Below, piece after piece: positions 20,350 through 29,724 of a DNA stretch of 64,000 nucleotides. The notes under the pieces are model-generated. The model saw only the letters and a program-made list of their open reading frames with translations, searched no databases and was not told the DNA's origin. The DNA is from an uncultured Clostridia bacterium (GTDB lineage Bacteria > Bacillota > Clostridia > Lachnospirales > Anaerotignaceae), in contig CAJUJJ010000007.1 in assembly GCA_910586765.1 (NCBI GenBank), positions 16,687 through 80,686 on the forward strand, given 5' to 3'. The position numbers and the translations under genes were made by a program. The first letter of the stretch is position 1, and the number at the start of each line of letters is the position of its first letter.

Positions 20350-21104
20350 ATTATTCCCCCTTGTAAAGTCATTACTGCTAAAAATACAATTTCTGAAAAT
20401 TCATAACCTGCTCCTAATGTATCTCCTGTCATACCTCCAATTTTATGCTGACAATATTCTCTAAAAAGAAAACCAAAAAGTAATACTGTCAATATAGGCA
20501 AAATACTTTTCATTCTTAGAAATCCTGCTAAAAGTGCTATTCCTATTAAAACTGATGTTATCATATATTTTGTATATTTTTTTGTTAAATATAAACTACC
20601 TAAGCCAGACTGCTCTTTAGCATAATTACTTTTCATTAGTATAGGTGTTGCCATTTTTCCTGCTACTGGTGCAAGCAATACTGCTAAATATCCATCACTT
20701 TCTGCCATTGATACCAAAAATACTATTTTTAATATAATATCAAACAGTAATGCTAATGCTCCATTTGTGCCTACTCTACTATCTTTCATAATTTCAAGCA
20801 TTTTTTCTTTTTTTCTTGCAGAGAAAAAACCATCACAAGTATCTGCTAAACCATCTAAATGAAATCCTCCTGTTACTATCGTTTCAGAAAGTACTGCAAA
20901 AACTGCCCCTATGAAAGGCATTTTGAAAAAAAATACCATTGCTCCATAACAAACATAGTCAATTAGTCCTACCAAAAGTCCTATTAGTGTATAAAATAAA
21001 ATTCCTTTTGAAAATTCTTGTTGAGGTAATATTTTATTTGAAGTAGGTACTGGTAATATTGTTAAAAAGCTAACTGTACTCCAAAATAATTGCAATGTTA
21101 TCAC
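20346..21104 (-). CDS. cobS: Adenosylcobinamide-GDP ribazoletransferase
   Basis: TGGFHLDGLADTCDG, MKDSRVG, GGMTGDTLGA. Confidence 0.95.
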   Translation of the reverse strand: MITLQLFWSTVSFLTILPVPTSNKILPQQEFSKGILFYTLIGLLVGLIDYVCYGAMVFFFKMPFIGAVFAVLSETIVTGGFHLDGLADTCDGFFSARKKEKMLEIMKDSRVGTNGALALLFDIILKIVFLVSMAESDGYLAVLLAPVAGKMATPILMKSNYAKEQSGLGSLYLTKKYTKYMITSVLIGIALLAGFLRMKSILPILTVLLFGFLFREYCQHKIGGMTGDTLGAGYEFSEIVFLAVMTLQGGII

Positions 21105-21649
21105 CCCTTTATTTTCATAGGAATACCAGATACTACAAAATATACTTCATTTGCTTTTTGTGCTAATATCTGATTGACATTTCCCATCATATCCCTAAAA
21201 TATCTACTCAGTTTATCCATTGGAACAATTCCTAATCCTATTTCCCCTGTTACAATAATTATTTCACTTTTTGACGCACTACAAATTTCTGCTATTTCTT
21301 TTAACTCCAATAATATTTTATTTTCTAGTTTCATAAAATCCATTTTCTCAACATCATCTGCTTCACTATATTCAAATATCAAATTTGTTAAAAGTAATGT
21401 AATACAATCCAATAATATACAACAATATTTATTTTCTGCATTTTTTATCTTTTCTGCTAAATTGATATAACTTTCTAGCGTATCCCAATATTCTGGCCGA
21501 CGTTGTTTATGCTTCAAAATGCGATGCTCCATTTCTTCATCAGTTACTTTTGCTGTAGCAATATAAAGTACATTTCCATTTACTTTTTTTGCTAAATCTT
21601 CTGCAAAAGCACTTTTTCCACTTCTGTCGCCTCCTGTTACTAATATCAT
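21101..21649 (-). CDS. cobU: Adenosylcobinamide kinase/guanylyltransferase
   Basis: GGDRSGKS, YIATA, HKQRRP, EIGLGIVP. Confidence 0.95.
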   Translation of the reverse strand: MILVTGGDRSGKSAFAEDLAKKVNGNVLYIATAKVTDEEMEHRILKHKQRRPEYWDTLESYINLAEKIKNAENKYCCILLDCITLLLTNLIFEYSEADDVEKMDFMKLENKILLELKEIAEICSASKSEIIIVTGEIGLGIVPMDKLSRYFRDMMGNVNQILAQKANEVYFVVSGIPMKIKG

Positions 21650-22731
21650 ATTGTTTTATCCTCTCTAATATCTATGTAATTTGATTTGTCTACATTCCCC
21701 TGTTCAAATGTTGCCATTTCTGCCATAATTTTTGTTGCTGCTTCTGCTAAATACATTGTAAAAGGGCAACCTGTGCCTTCTCCCAATCTCATCTCTAGTT
21801 GAAAATAAGGACGTAAACCAATTTGTTTTGCTGCAATGTGATATGCAGGTTCTGCTGACTGATGAGAAGCTAATAAATATTGTTTTACCAAAGGCTGACA
21901 TACACACGCTGCTAATGCTGCACTAATGGATATTACACCATCTACTATAATAGGTATTCTATAATAAGCTGCACCTAAAAAACAACCCATAAGTCCTGCA
22001 ATATCAAATCCGCCTATTTTTTGTACTACTTCAAAAGCATTTTTTTTATCCATAGTATGATGTAATTGTAATATTCTTTTTAAAACTTCTTTTTTCTTTT
22101 GAAATAATTCTTCTGTTAGTCCTGCCCCTTTTCCTGTTGCTTCTTCTACATTACAGCCTGTTAATGCTATAATCACAGATGTTGCCGTTGTAGTATTGCT
22201 AATTCCCATTTCTCCTGTTCCTAATATAGTATAACCTTGTTGTTTTAGTTGTTTTACCAATTCAAAACCTGTATAAATTGCTTTTTCCATTTCTTGCTTT
22301 GTCATAGCTTCTTCTTTTGCACTATTTTTTGTACCATAATTAATTTTTTTATAAATAAGTTGTTTATGTATTACATTGCCGTTAATTCCGATATCTACAA
22401 TTTTTAAATCTATATTTAATTGTCTTGATAATATAGAAATTCCTGTCATTCCCTCCAACATATTATACGTTTGTACTGCTGTTACTTCTTGTGGTGCTGT
22501 GCTAACACCTTCCTCATAAACTCCATTATCTGCACACATCACTATAATTGCTTTTTTATCCAATTTATTTTGTATGCTTCCTGTAATTCCAGAAATTGTA
22601 ATTGCTAATTCTTCTAATCTTCCTAAACTGCCAATAGGCTTTATTAAATTATCTTGATATTGTTTTGCCTCTTTCATTGTCTTTTCAAAAAGAGGTTGTA
22701 TGTCATTTATCATTTGCTGTATATTTTCCAT
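21646..22731 (-). CDS. cobT: Nicotinate-nucleotide-dimethylbenzimidazole phosphoribosyltransferase
   Basis: KPIGSLGRLE, GEMGISNTT, MRLGEGTG. Confidence 0.96.
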   Translation of the reverse strand: MENIQQMINDIQPLFEKTMKEAKQYQDNLIKPIGSLGRLEELAITISGITGSIQNKLDKKAIIVMCADNGVYEEGVSTAPQEVTAVQTYNMLEGMTGISILSRQLNIDLKIVDIGINGNVIHKQLIYKKINYGTKNSAKEEAMTKQEMEKAIYTGFELVKQLKQQGYTILGTGEMGISNTTTATSVIIALTGCNVEEATGKGAGLTEELFQKKKEVLKRILQLHHTMDKKNAFEVVQKIGGFDIAGLMGCFLGAAYYRIPIIVDGVISISAALAACVCQPLVKQYLLASHQSAEPAYHIAAKQIGLRPYFQLEMRLGEGTGCPFTMYLAEAATKIMAEMATFEQGNVDKSNYIDIREDKTI

Positions 22732-22791
22732 ATATATGCCCACCTTTTCAAAATACTTATATTTATATAATAAATCAATTTAAAAACAAAT

Positions 22792-22836
22792 AAAAGCCCC
22801 TTATTGTACCAATAGGGCATAATAAGGAGCTTTTTT
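22792..22836 (-). terminator. Intrinsic terminator after the DUF1540 gene
   Basis: AAAAGCCCCTTATTG...AATAAGGAGCTTTT imperfect inverted repeat. Confidence 0.65.
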
Positions 22837-22843
22837 AATGAAA

Positions 22844-23005
22844 TTATTTCAATACGAAAGATTGACAGTCAGTACATTGATCCATTGTTGGATTTGTTTC
22901 ATGAGTACCTACTTGGATACTTTTTAAAGAACAGTAATCTTTTGAACCACAGTGGTATTTACAATTTGTTACACTACATCTAATACATTCGTTTGCAGTT
23001 TGCAT
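22844..23005 (-). CDS. DUF1540 Cys-rich small protein (53 aa, not in the ORF track)
   Basis: MQTANECIRCSVTNCKYHCGSKDYCSLKSIQVGTHETNPTMDQCTDCQSFVLK; AGGAGG RBS; downstream terminator. Confidence 0.88.
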   Translation of the reverse strand: MQTANECIRCSVTNCKYHCGSKDYCSLKSIQVGTHETNPTMDQCTDCQSFVLK

Positions 23006-23158
23006 AATGAATTCCTCCTAAAAATATAAATCATATTTGTTACAAAAATAGTATGACCAAAAATAAAAAATATATAAATATTTTTCTTTTCAAACGCTGG
23101 TAAAATCTGTTATACTAATATTGCATTTATCATAACAACAAAAATAAGGAGAATTTTT

Positions 23159-23710
23159 ATGCGAATTAAAAAAGAAAATACAATGTGTATTGTCATTGAC
23201 GATCAAGAAAAACTTATCCCCAGTATTTTAGAAAAAGAGCAGCTTTTAGAAAATACTAAAAAACTTTGTACTGGCTTATTAGCACTAAACGTTCCTTGCA
23301 TTGTAACAGAACATTATAGAAAAGGATTAGGTGAAACAGTACCTATGTTAAAAGAAGCATTAAAAATACCAGAAAAAACAAAAGCATATGATAAAATTAC
23401 ATTCAGTGCCTATGAAAATGAAGAAATTAAAAATTTTATTGCACATTCTGGCAAAAAAAATATTATTATATGTGGTACAGAAGCACACATCTGTGTATTA
23501 CAGACAACGATTGATTTACAAAATGCTGGTTATCAAGTGATATTAGTAGAAGATTGTATCGGTTCTCGTACACAAATTAATAAAGATGGTGCTGTAAAAA
23601 GAGCAATGCAAGAAGGTGCTATTATAAGCACATATGAAGCAATATTATTTGAATTAGTAAGAGTAGCTGGAACACCTGAATTTAAACAAATATTAAATAT
23701 TATAAAATAA
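23159..23710 (+). CDS. Isochorismatase-family (YcaC-related) cysteine hydrolase
   Basis: VIDDQEKL, KITFSA, GTEAHICVLQT. Confidence 0.9.
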   Translation: MRIKKENTMCIVIDDQEKLIPSILEKEQLLENTKKLCTGLLALNVPCIVTEHYRKGLGETVPMLKEALKIPEKTKAYDKITFSAYENEEIKNFIAHSGKKNIIICGTEAHICVLQTTIDLQNAGYQVILVEDCIGSRTQINKDGAVKRAMQEGAIISTYEAILFELVRVAGTPEFKQILNIIK

Positions 23711-23769
23711 TTTAAAAAAGAGAGTATTTTTATTATTTATATGAAATACTCTCTTTTGTTTTTATATTA

Positions 23770-24603
23770 TTATAATTCTATTTTTTGAATTAACTTTTCT
23801 ATTGCCTCATCTAAAAATGAAACATCTTTTTGTTCTATATTTCCAGCATCACAAAGTGCTGCAATATCTGGTTGTATTGGGAGTTGTGCCAACACATCAA
23901 TATTCATTTCGTCAGCAACTTGTTGCAATTTACTCTCTCCAAAAGGATATAACTTTTTACCACAATCATCACAAACCATATAGCTCATATTTTCAATAAT
24001 ACCACAAACCGGAATAGACATTTTTTCTGCCATATGATAAGATTTTTTTACAATCAATGAAACCAAATCTTGAGGTGTGGTTATAATGACTACACCATCT
24101 ACAGGAATACTCTGGAATACTGTTAAAGGAACGTCACCTGTACCTGGAGGCATATCAATAAGCAAAACATCTAAATCCCCCCAAGCTACATCAGTCCAAA
24201 ACTGTTTTACAGCATTACCAATTACAGGGCCTCTCCATACTACTGGAGCATCTTCTTCCTCTAATATTAAATTTGTAGACATAATAGAAATACCAGTTTG
24301 TGTATTTACTACATCAATACCATTCCCATTTCCTACTGCTTTTTGATGTACACCAAAAGCCTTTGGTATAGAAGGACCTGTAATATCTCCATCTAATATT
24401 CCTACACGATACCCTTTTTTACGGAGTGCTACTGCAATACAAGATGTCATGGAAGATTTTCCAACACCGCCTTTTCCACTCATAATACTAATTACTTTTT
24501 TGATATGACTTTGTGAATTTGGCATCTCCATAAAATTTGCTTTTCTTTCTGCACAGTCACTCTTACAGCTAGCACATTGTGACTTGTCACAGTTGTTACT
24601 CAT
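23770..24603 (-). CDS. Mrp/NBP35 Fe-S cluster carrier ATPase
   Basis: SGKGGVGKS, DMPPGTGD, ENMS..CDDC; start uncertain (24603-24624). Confidence 0.93.
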   Translation of the reverse strand: MSNNCDKSQCASCKSDCAERKANFMEMPNSQSHIKKVISIMSGKGGVGKSSMTSCIAVALRKKGYRVGILDGDITGPSIPKAFGVHQKAVGNGNGIDVVNTQTGISIMSTNLILEEEDAPVVWRGPVIGNAVKQFWTDVAWGDLDVLLIDMPPGTGDVPLTVFQSIPVDGVVIITTPQDLVSLIVKKSYHMAEKMSIPVCGIIENMSYMVCDDCGKKLYPFGESKLQQVADEMNIDVLAQLPIQPDIAALCDAGNIEQKDVSFLDEAIEKLIQKIEL

Positions 24604-24620
24604 TTTTTCCATCTCCATTC

Positions 24621-26354
24621 TCATTCTTTCGCTGGTGCAAATAAATCTAATGTAACATAAATTGTAAAATTAGAATCAAACGCTGCTAAACCATAATGTG
24701 TTAATTCTGGATTTAATAAATTCGTTCTTGTACCTGCTTCCATCATAAGCTGATGATAAGTATTAATTGCATCTTCGCCTTCTATTTTTACAACGCTTTC
24801 TCCTGCCATAGTGTATTTTACACCCCCTGCAGTCATTCTGTCAAATGGATTTTCGCCTTTTTGATTGGTATAACCAACATAATTATTTTTGCTCATATCC
24901 CAGCTATGATAATATGCAACATTGGCTGCGGTGTCATCACTTGTTAATACAGCAGCTCCTTCTTGCACACGAGCACTATTTATAATATCAATCAATTCTG
25001 TTTTAAAGTTATCTAAAAACTGTTGAGAATAACGTAACTGTAACTGTTGTTTATAATCAGAAGTACGAATTAAAATACCTTCTGCTTTATAGTCTTTATT
25101 TAACAGTACAAACGTATCTTTTCCTTCATCTTGCAATTCTGCTCTAAAATTTTTTAAATCTAAATACCTCACATTTGTAATGTCATTTGCGTCCATTTTT
25201 CCTGTAACACCTTTATATTGAAATGTCATATCATTTGTAAAAATTTCTGCTATTTTATTGTCTTTTATAGAAACCATAAAAAAATGTTTATAATTATTTA
25301 TATAGACATATCTTTCCAATGAATAACTATTCTGGTCAATACGGCTAGGCTCTCCCCAATCCGATTTTAATTTTGAAACGGTTTGTCCAATCGAAATTGT
25401 TTTCCCATCTATTACAATACCATCTGACTGATTTTGTGATGTTGTATTTGTTTTTGTATCTTGTTTTGGTTGTTCCGTTTTAGCTGACTGTTCTGTTGGT
25501 TGTTCTGTTTTAGCTGGCTGTTCTGTTGGTGTAGTTTCTGTTGGTTGCTCTACTTTAGCTGGCTGTTCCGTTGGTGTGGTTTCTGTTGGTTGTTCTGTTT
25601 TAGCTGGCTGTTCCGTTGGTGTAGTTTCCGTTGGTTGCTCTACTTTAGCTGGCTGCTCTGTTGGTGTGGTTTCTGTTGGTTGCTCTACTTTAACTAGCTG
25701 CTCTGTTGGTATAGCTTCTGTTGACTGTTCTGTTTTTTGTGCATCACTTGGCATTGTACTCTCATAAATTGCTGTAAATGCTACAACAGCTTCCTCTACA
25801 GTGACATCTTTAAAAGGAGAAAAATATCCTTCAAATCCATTCATAATACCAGCCATTTGTATTTTTTTAATATAAGGTAAAACACTTTTATCCAACTGGT
25901 TAATATCTTTAAATTCAATTTCTGTATTCTTTTCTTTTAATTCTATATTACTTTTTTCTAATGTTTTTACGAGTACGATTGCCATTTGTTCCCTTGTAAT
26001 AGGGCTATCTGGTTCAAAAATATGTTCCTGTTTTCCACTTATAATTCCCATAGCATAAGCAAAAACAATTTCTGGCTGATTTGTATCCCAAAAAGGATTA
26101 TGTATATTATCAATATTAATTCTTTCTTTTGTTACTTTTTGATAAAACTGTATCGCCATTTTTGTAAATTCTTGTCGTGTCATATTTTCTGTTCCATGTG
26201 AAAGCAATTCTTCTGGTATTAATTCAAGCTGATAAGCCTTTTCCATACTGGAAACTGCCCAATCACTTGCTTTTATTTGTGTTGCTGCAAAGGCAGTTGT
26301 TGTCATAGAAACAGTCAATGCTGTTGCTACACTCATTTTAAAAAACCATTTCAT
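24621..26354 (-). CDS. Cell-surface protein: signal peptide, SLH domains, Pro/Thr/Glu repeat linker, CAP-associated and CAP (SCP) domain
   Basis: TRQEF/ITREQMA SLH motifs; INSARVQEG..AYYHSWDM..NPFDRM CAP motifs. Confidence 0.82.
   Translation of the reverse strand: MKWFFKMSVATALTVSMTTTAFAATQIKASDWAVSSMEKAYQLELIPEELLSHGTENMTRQEFTKMAIQFYQKVTKERINIDNIHNPFWDTNQPEIVFAYAMGIISGKQEHIFEPDSPITREQMAIVLVKTLEKSNIELKEKNTEIEFKDINQLDKSVLPYIKKIQMAGIMNGFEGYFSPFKDVTVEEAVVAFTAIYESTMPSDAQKTEQSTEAIPTEQLVKVEQPTETTPTEQPAKVEQPTETTPTEQPAKTEQPTETTPTEQPAKVEQPTETTPTEQPAKTEQPTEQSAKTEQPKQDTKTNTTSQNQSDGIVIDGKTISIGQTVSKLKSDWGEPSRIDQNSYSLERYVYINNYKHFFMVSIKDNKIAEIFTNDMTFQYKGVTGKMDANDITNVRYLDLKNFRAELQDEGKDTFVLLNKDYKAEGILIRTSDYKQQLQLRYSQQFLDNFKTELIDIINSARVQEGAAVLTSDDTAANVAYYHSWDMSKNNYVGYTNQKGENPFDRMTAGGVKYTMAGESVVKIEGEDAINTYHQLMMEAGTRTNLLNPELTHYGLAAFDSNFTIYVTLDLFAPAKE
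25465..25735 (-). repeat. Intragenic 45-bp tandem repeat encoding EQPTETTPTEQPAK(V/T)
   Basis: Four near-perfect units plus degenerate flanking units. Confidence 0.92.
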
Positions 26355-26511
26355 ACAACCTTTCCTTTCTTTTAAATTTTTATTGCTACTTATTACAAAA
26401 GTATGTACAATTTATGAATAGTATACCATATTTTATAAATTTTTCAATACATATATTTTAAAAAACTTCTTAATTCTTTTTATTTTCATAAGCAGTATTG
26501 TTAAAAAATTT

Positions 26512-26528
26512 TGTAAAAATTATGTTAC
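26512..26528 (+). promoter_or_regulatory. WalR-like direct repeat upstream of the SLH/CAP gene
   Basis: TGTAAA-aatta-TGTTAC fits TGTWAH-N5-TGTWAH. Confidence 0.45.
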
Positions 26529-26709
26529 AATTTTTATAAAAATCATATTAAATATGATACAGAAAGGCTGCCGATAATACCGACAGCCCTACTTTGTTTT
26601 TTATTGTTATTATCAAATTTTGTATACTATTTTTTATGTGTTTTATTTTTTGTACTTTACATTATTATAGATATTATTTGCAGCTTATAAAAAATATAAT
26701 TCCTAAAGA

Positions 26710-26952
26710 TTAAGCTAAAACACCTGCTAATTCATTTACAGCTTGTTCTGCATCGCTTCCTTCTGCTGTAATCACTGCTAATTTTCCTTCTATCATGCCT
26801 AAGGCAATCGTTCCCATAATACTTTTTGCATTAATTTTTTTGTCATCAATCATTACTTGTATTCTACAATCATATTTACTTGCTGTTTGTACAAAAAAAG
26901 CTGCTTGTCTTGCATCTAAGGAACTGTTAATAACTACCTTTTTTTCTGCCAC
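26710..26952 (-). CDS. HPr-family protein lacking His15 (Crh-like)
   Basis: SLDARQAA replaces GLHARPAA; NAKSIMG retained; follows whiA. Confidence 0.9.
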   Translation of the reverse strand: MAEKKVVINSSLDARQAAFFVQTASKYDCRIQVMIDDKKINAKSIMGTIALGMIEGKLAVITAEGSDAEQAVNELAGVLA

Positions 26953-27899
26953 GCAAAATCACCTTTATCCTTTCTTAATTGCTCAGCAATATTGCTGATT
27001 TTTTTTAAACGATGGTTTATTCCTGATTTTCCTACAGGCGGAGCCATCAAAAGTCCTAATTCTTTTAAACTTGCTTCTGGATACTGCAATCGTAACTCTG
27101 CTGTCTTTAAAAGAGTTTCTGGCAAATGTTTCCACTCTTTTTGCTCTTGAATATATTGTATATCTTCTATTTGTTTAATAGCTGCCGTAACTGTTTTATT
27201 CAAATTAGCCGTTTCACAATTCACTTTTCTATTTACACTGTTACGCATATCTTTCCATACACGTACATTTTCCATTTTTAGTAAAGCAGTATGTGCCTGC
27301 ATGATATTAAGCATATCAGCAATTTGTTCGCCTTCTTTCAGATATACTACAAAATACTGCTTTCTATACGTCATTTTAGCATCTAAATGAAATGTGTGAA
27401 GTATGTTTTGCAGTTGCTGTGCTTGTTTTACATCTCCATGTACAAATTCTAAATGATAATTTTTTTCGGGGTCATTAATGGAGCCTGCTGCTAAAAAAGC
27501 ACCTCTAATATAAGCTCTGCGGCAGCAAATACTGTGTATAACAGGCATATAACATTGATTTGATATTTTATTTTCGTCTGATAGGATACCTGTTGCTGTT
27601 AATATTCTTTCTACACCTGCTGTTTGTGTAATTGTCAGTATATACATGACATTCTCGTGATAATGCTTATTTTTTTTAACAGTTACATTACACTTTATTT
27701 TAAAAGTTTTTTCAATTAATGTAAAGTATTTTTTAGCAAGGAAAAGATTTTCTGTCTGCAATTTTAAACAAAATTTTTTTCTAAAATGCCCTATATATGC
27801 ACACATATTTATAATACTTGCTATCTCTGCAATATTGCAATGGCGTGCATTTCCAAATCTTTGTGCAATTTCCTCTTTAACATTATATGAAAATGACAA
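26934..27899 (-). CDS. whiA: DNA-binding protein WhiA
   Basis: RGAFLAAGSINDPEKNYHLEF, VNRKVNCETANL, GKSGINHRL; TTG start. Confidence 0.95.
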   Translation of the reverse strand: MSFSYNVKEEIAQRFGNARHCNIAEIASIINMCAYIGHFRKKFCLKLQTENLFLAKKYFTLIEKTFKIKCNVTVKKNKHYHENVMYILTITQTAGVERILTATGILSDENKISNQCYMPVIHSICCRRAYIRGAFLAAGSINDPEKNYHLEFVHGDVKQAQQLQNILHTFHLDAKMTYRKQYFVVYLKEGEQIADMLNIMQAHTALLKMENVRVWKDMRNSVNRKVNCETANLNKTVTAAIKQIEDIQYIQEQKEWKHLPETLLKTAELRLQYPEASLKELGLLMAPPVGKSGINHRLKKISNIAEQLRKDKGDFAWQKKR

Positions 27900-27910
27900 A
27901 CTTTTTCCTC

Positions 27911-28786
27911 CTAAAACTTTTTATGACGAACATCTTTTTCTATATCGTTATGTTTTAACAATATATTGTGATTTTTTTCGTACAATTTTTTATAGAGAGC
28001 ATTTGCAAGTGTAACAGAACGATGCTTTCCTCCTGTACAACCTATACTAATAATTAACTGATTTTTGCCCTCTTTAATGTATTGTGGTATCAAAAACTCT
28101 AACATATCTGTCAATTTTTCCAAAAAAATATTACTTTCTTCAAAATTCATTACATAATCATAAACAGGAGCATCATTACCTGTTAACTCTTTTAATTCTT
28201 GTATATAAAATGGGTTAGGCAAAAAACGAACATCAAATACTAAGTCACTGTCTACAGGAATACCATACTTAAATCCAAAAGAACATACTGTAATAATAAG
28301 ACTTTCAAATTTCTGATTTTCCAAAAATATTTTATTAATCTGTTCTTTTAATTCTCTTGTTAATATGTGGCTTGTTTCAATAATATAAGTTGCTTTCTTT
28401 TTTACTTCTTCCAGCATTTGTCTTTCTTTTGCAATACCCTCTGCAATAGAACCTCCCTTTGAAAGTGGGTGACTTCTTCTAGACTCTTTATATCTTTTTA
28501 TTAATGTTTTTTCAGAAGCATCTAAAAACAGTATTTCATAATCATAGCCAAAACTTTGCAATTCAGAAAGTACAGAAAATAAATCAGAAAATAGTTTTCC
28601 GCCTCTTATATCAATTCCCATAGCAACCTTATCAATTTCTCCACCCTGCTCATAACAAAGTTCTGCAAATTTTGGTATCAATGCTGGAGGTAAATTATCT
28701 ACACAAAAAAAGTTAATATCTTCTAAAAATCTCAATACAGTAGATTTTCCTGCTCCAGACATTCCTGTTACAATGACAAATCTCAT
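27911..28786 (-). CDS. rapZ: RNase adapter RapZ/YvcJ
   Basis: [27 protein letters not shown]. Confidence 0.96.
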   Translation of the reverse strand: MRFVIVTGMSGAGKSTVLRFLEDINFFCVDNLPPALIPKFAELCYEQGGEIDKVAMGIDIRGGKLFSDLFSVLSELQSFGYDYEILFLDASEKTLIKRYKESRRSHPLSKGGSIAEGIAKERQMLEEVKKKATYIIETSHILTRELKEQINKIFLENQKFESLIITVCSFGFKYGIPVDSDLVFDVRFLPNPFYIQELKELTGNDAPVYDYVMNFEESNIFLEKLTDMLEFLIPQYIKEGKNQLIISIGCTGGKHRSVTLANALYKKLYEKNHNILLKHNDIEKDVRHKKF

Positions 28787-28805
28787 ACTACTTCACCTCA
28801 CATAA

Positions 28806-29705
28806 TTATTCTTCTCCAATCACTTTTACTTCTGTTTCTAATGACACACCAAATTTCTCAAATACTACTTTTTGGCAATGCTTTATCAATTTCAACACTT
28901 CTGCACAAGTAGCATTTCCTTTGTTGATAATAAACCCTCCATGTTTTTCAGAAACTTGTGCATCTCCTATGCAATAACCCTTCAATCCTGCATCAGAAAT
29001 TAATTTTCCTGCAAAATATCCTTCAGGGCGTTTAAATGTACTGCCTGCACTAGCAAAATTTAAAGGCTGTTTTTGTCTTCTTTGTTCTGCTAATTCTGTC
29101 ATTCTATTTTGAATAACATCATACTCTCCTTTTTCAAGCTGAAGAACAGCATTTAGCACAATACATTCTTTTTCTGGTATAATACTATGTCTATAAGATA
29201 AATCTAATTCCTTTACAGAAAGTGTTTTGACTTCTAATTCTTTTGTTAGCACCTCTGTTTCTAAAATAACATCTTTCATTTCTCCACCATAAGCACCTGC
29301 ATTCATACAAACTGCACCACCCAATGAACCAGGAATACCTGATGCAAATTCAAATCCTTTTAAATGATGCTGTAAAGCTGCTGTACCTATAGCACTTAAT
29401 AAAGCACCTGCTTCTGCTTTTATTTTTTGTCCTTCTACAGAAATATGGTTCATATCTTTTCCTATTTGTATTACAACACCTCTAATTCCCTTATCTCTTA
29501 CAAGCAAATTACTACCATTTCCTATAATTGTAACAGGTATATTATGTTTTTTGGCAATAGCAATAATTGTTTTGATTTCCTCACCATTGTGGGGAGAAAT
29601 ATAAATATCTGCTGCTCCTCCAATGCGAAAAGAAGTATGCTTTGCCATACTTTCATACTGCAATACATTTTGTTGTGTTAAAGCATTTTTCAATTCTTCT
29701 ATCAA
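28806..29705 (-). CDS. murB: UDP-N-acetylenolpyruvoylglucosamine reductase
   Basis: GNGSNLLV, GIPGSLGGAVCMNAGAYG, SAGSTFKRP. Confidence 0.97.
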   Translation of the reverse strand: MIEELKNALTQQNVLQYESMAKHTSFRIGGAADIYISPHNGEEIKTIIAIAKKHNIPVTIIGNGSNLLVRDKGIRGVVIQIGKDMNHISVEGQKIKAEAGALLSAIGTAALQHHLKGFEFASGIPGSLGGAVCMNAGAYGGEMKDVILETEVLTKELEVKTLSVKELDLSYRHSIIPEKECIVLNAVLQLEKGEYDVIQNRMTELAEQRRQKQPLNFASAGSTFKRPEGYFAGKLISDAGLKGYCIGDAQVSEKHGGFIINKGNATCAEVLKLIKHCQKVVFEKFGVSLETEVKVIGEE

Positions 29706-29724
29706 ATTTATTCTCCTCTTTCTT

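Noticed and set aside
23159..23710. Isochorismatase-family gene as a nicotinamidase feeding CobT
   Set aside because: Motifs are YcaC-like without the PncA metal-binding Asp/His/His set, and the gene is separated from the cob operon by another gene and a terminator
25465..25735. Regular repeats as a CRISPR array
   Set aside because: In-frame tandem coding repeats with no unique spacers and no cas genes
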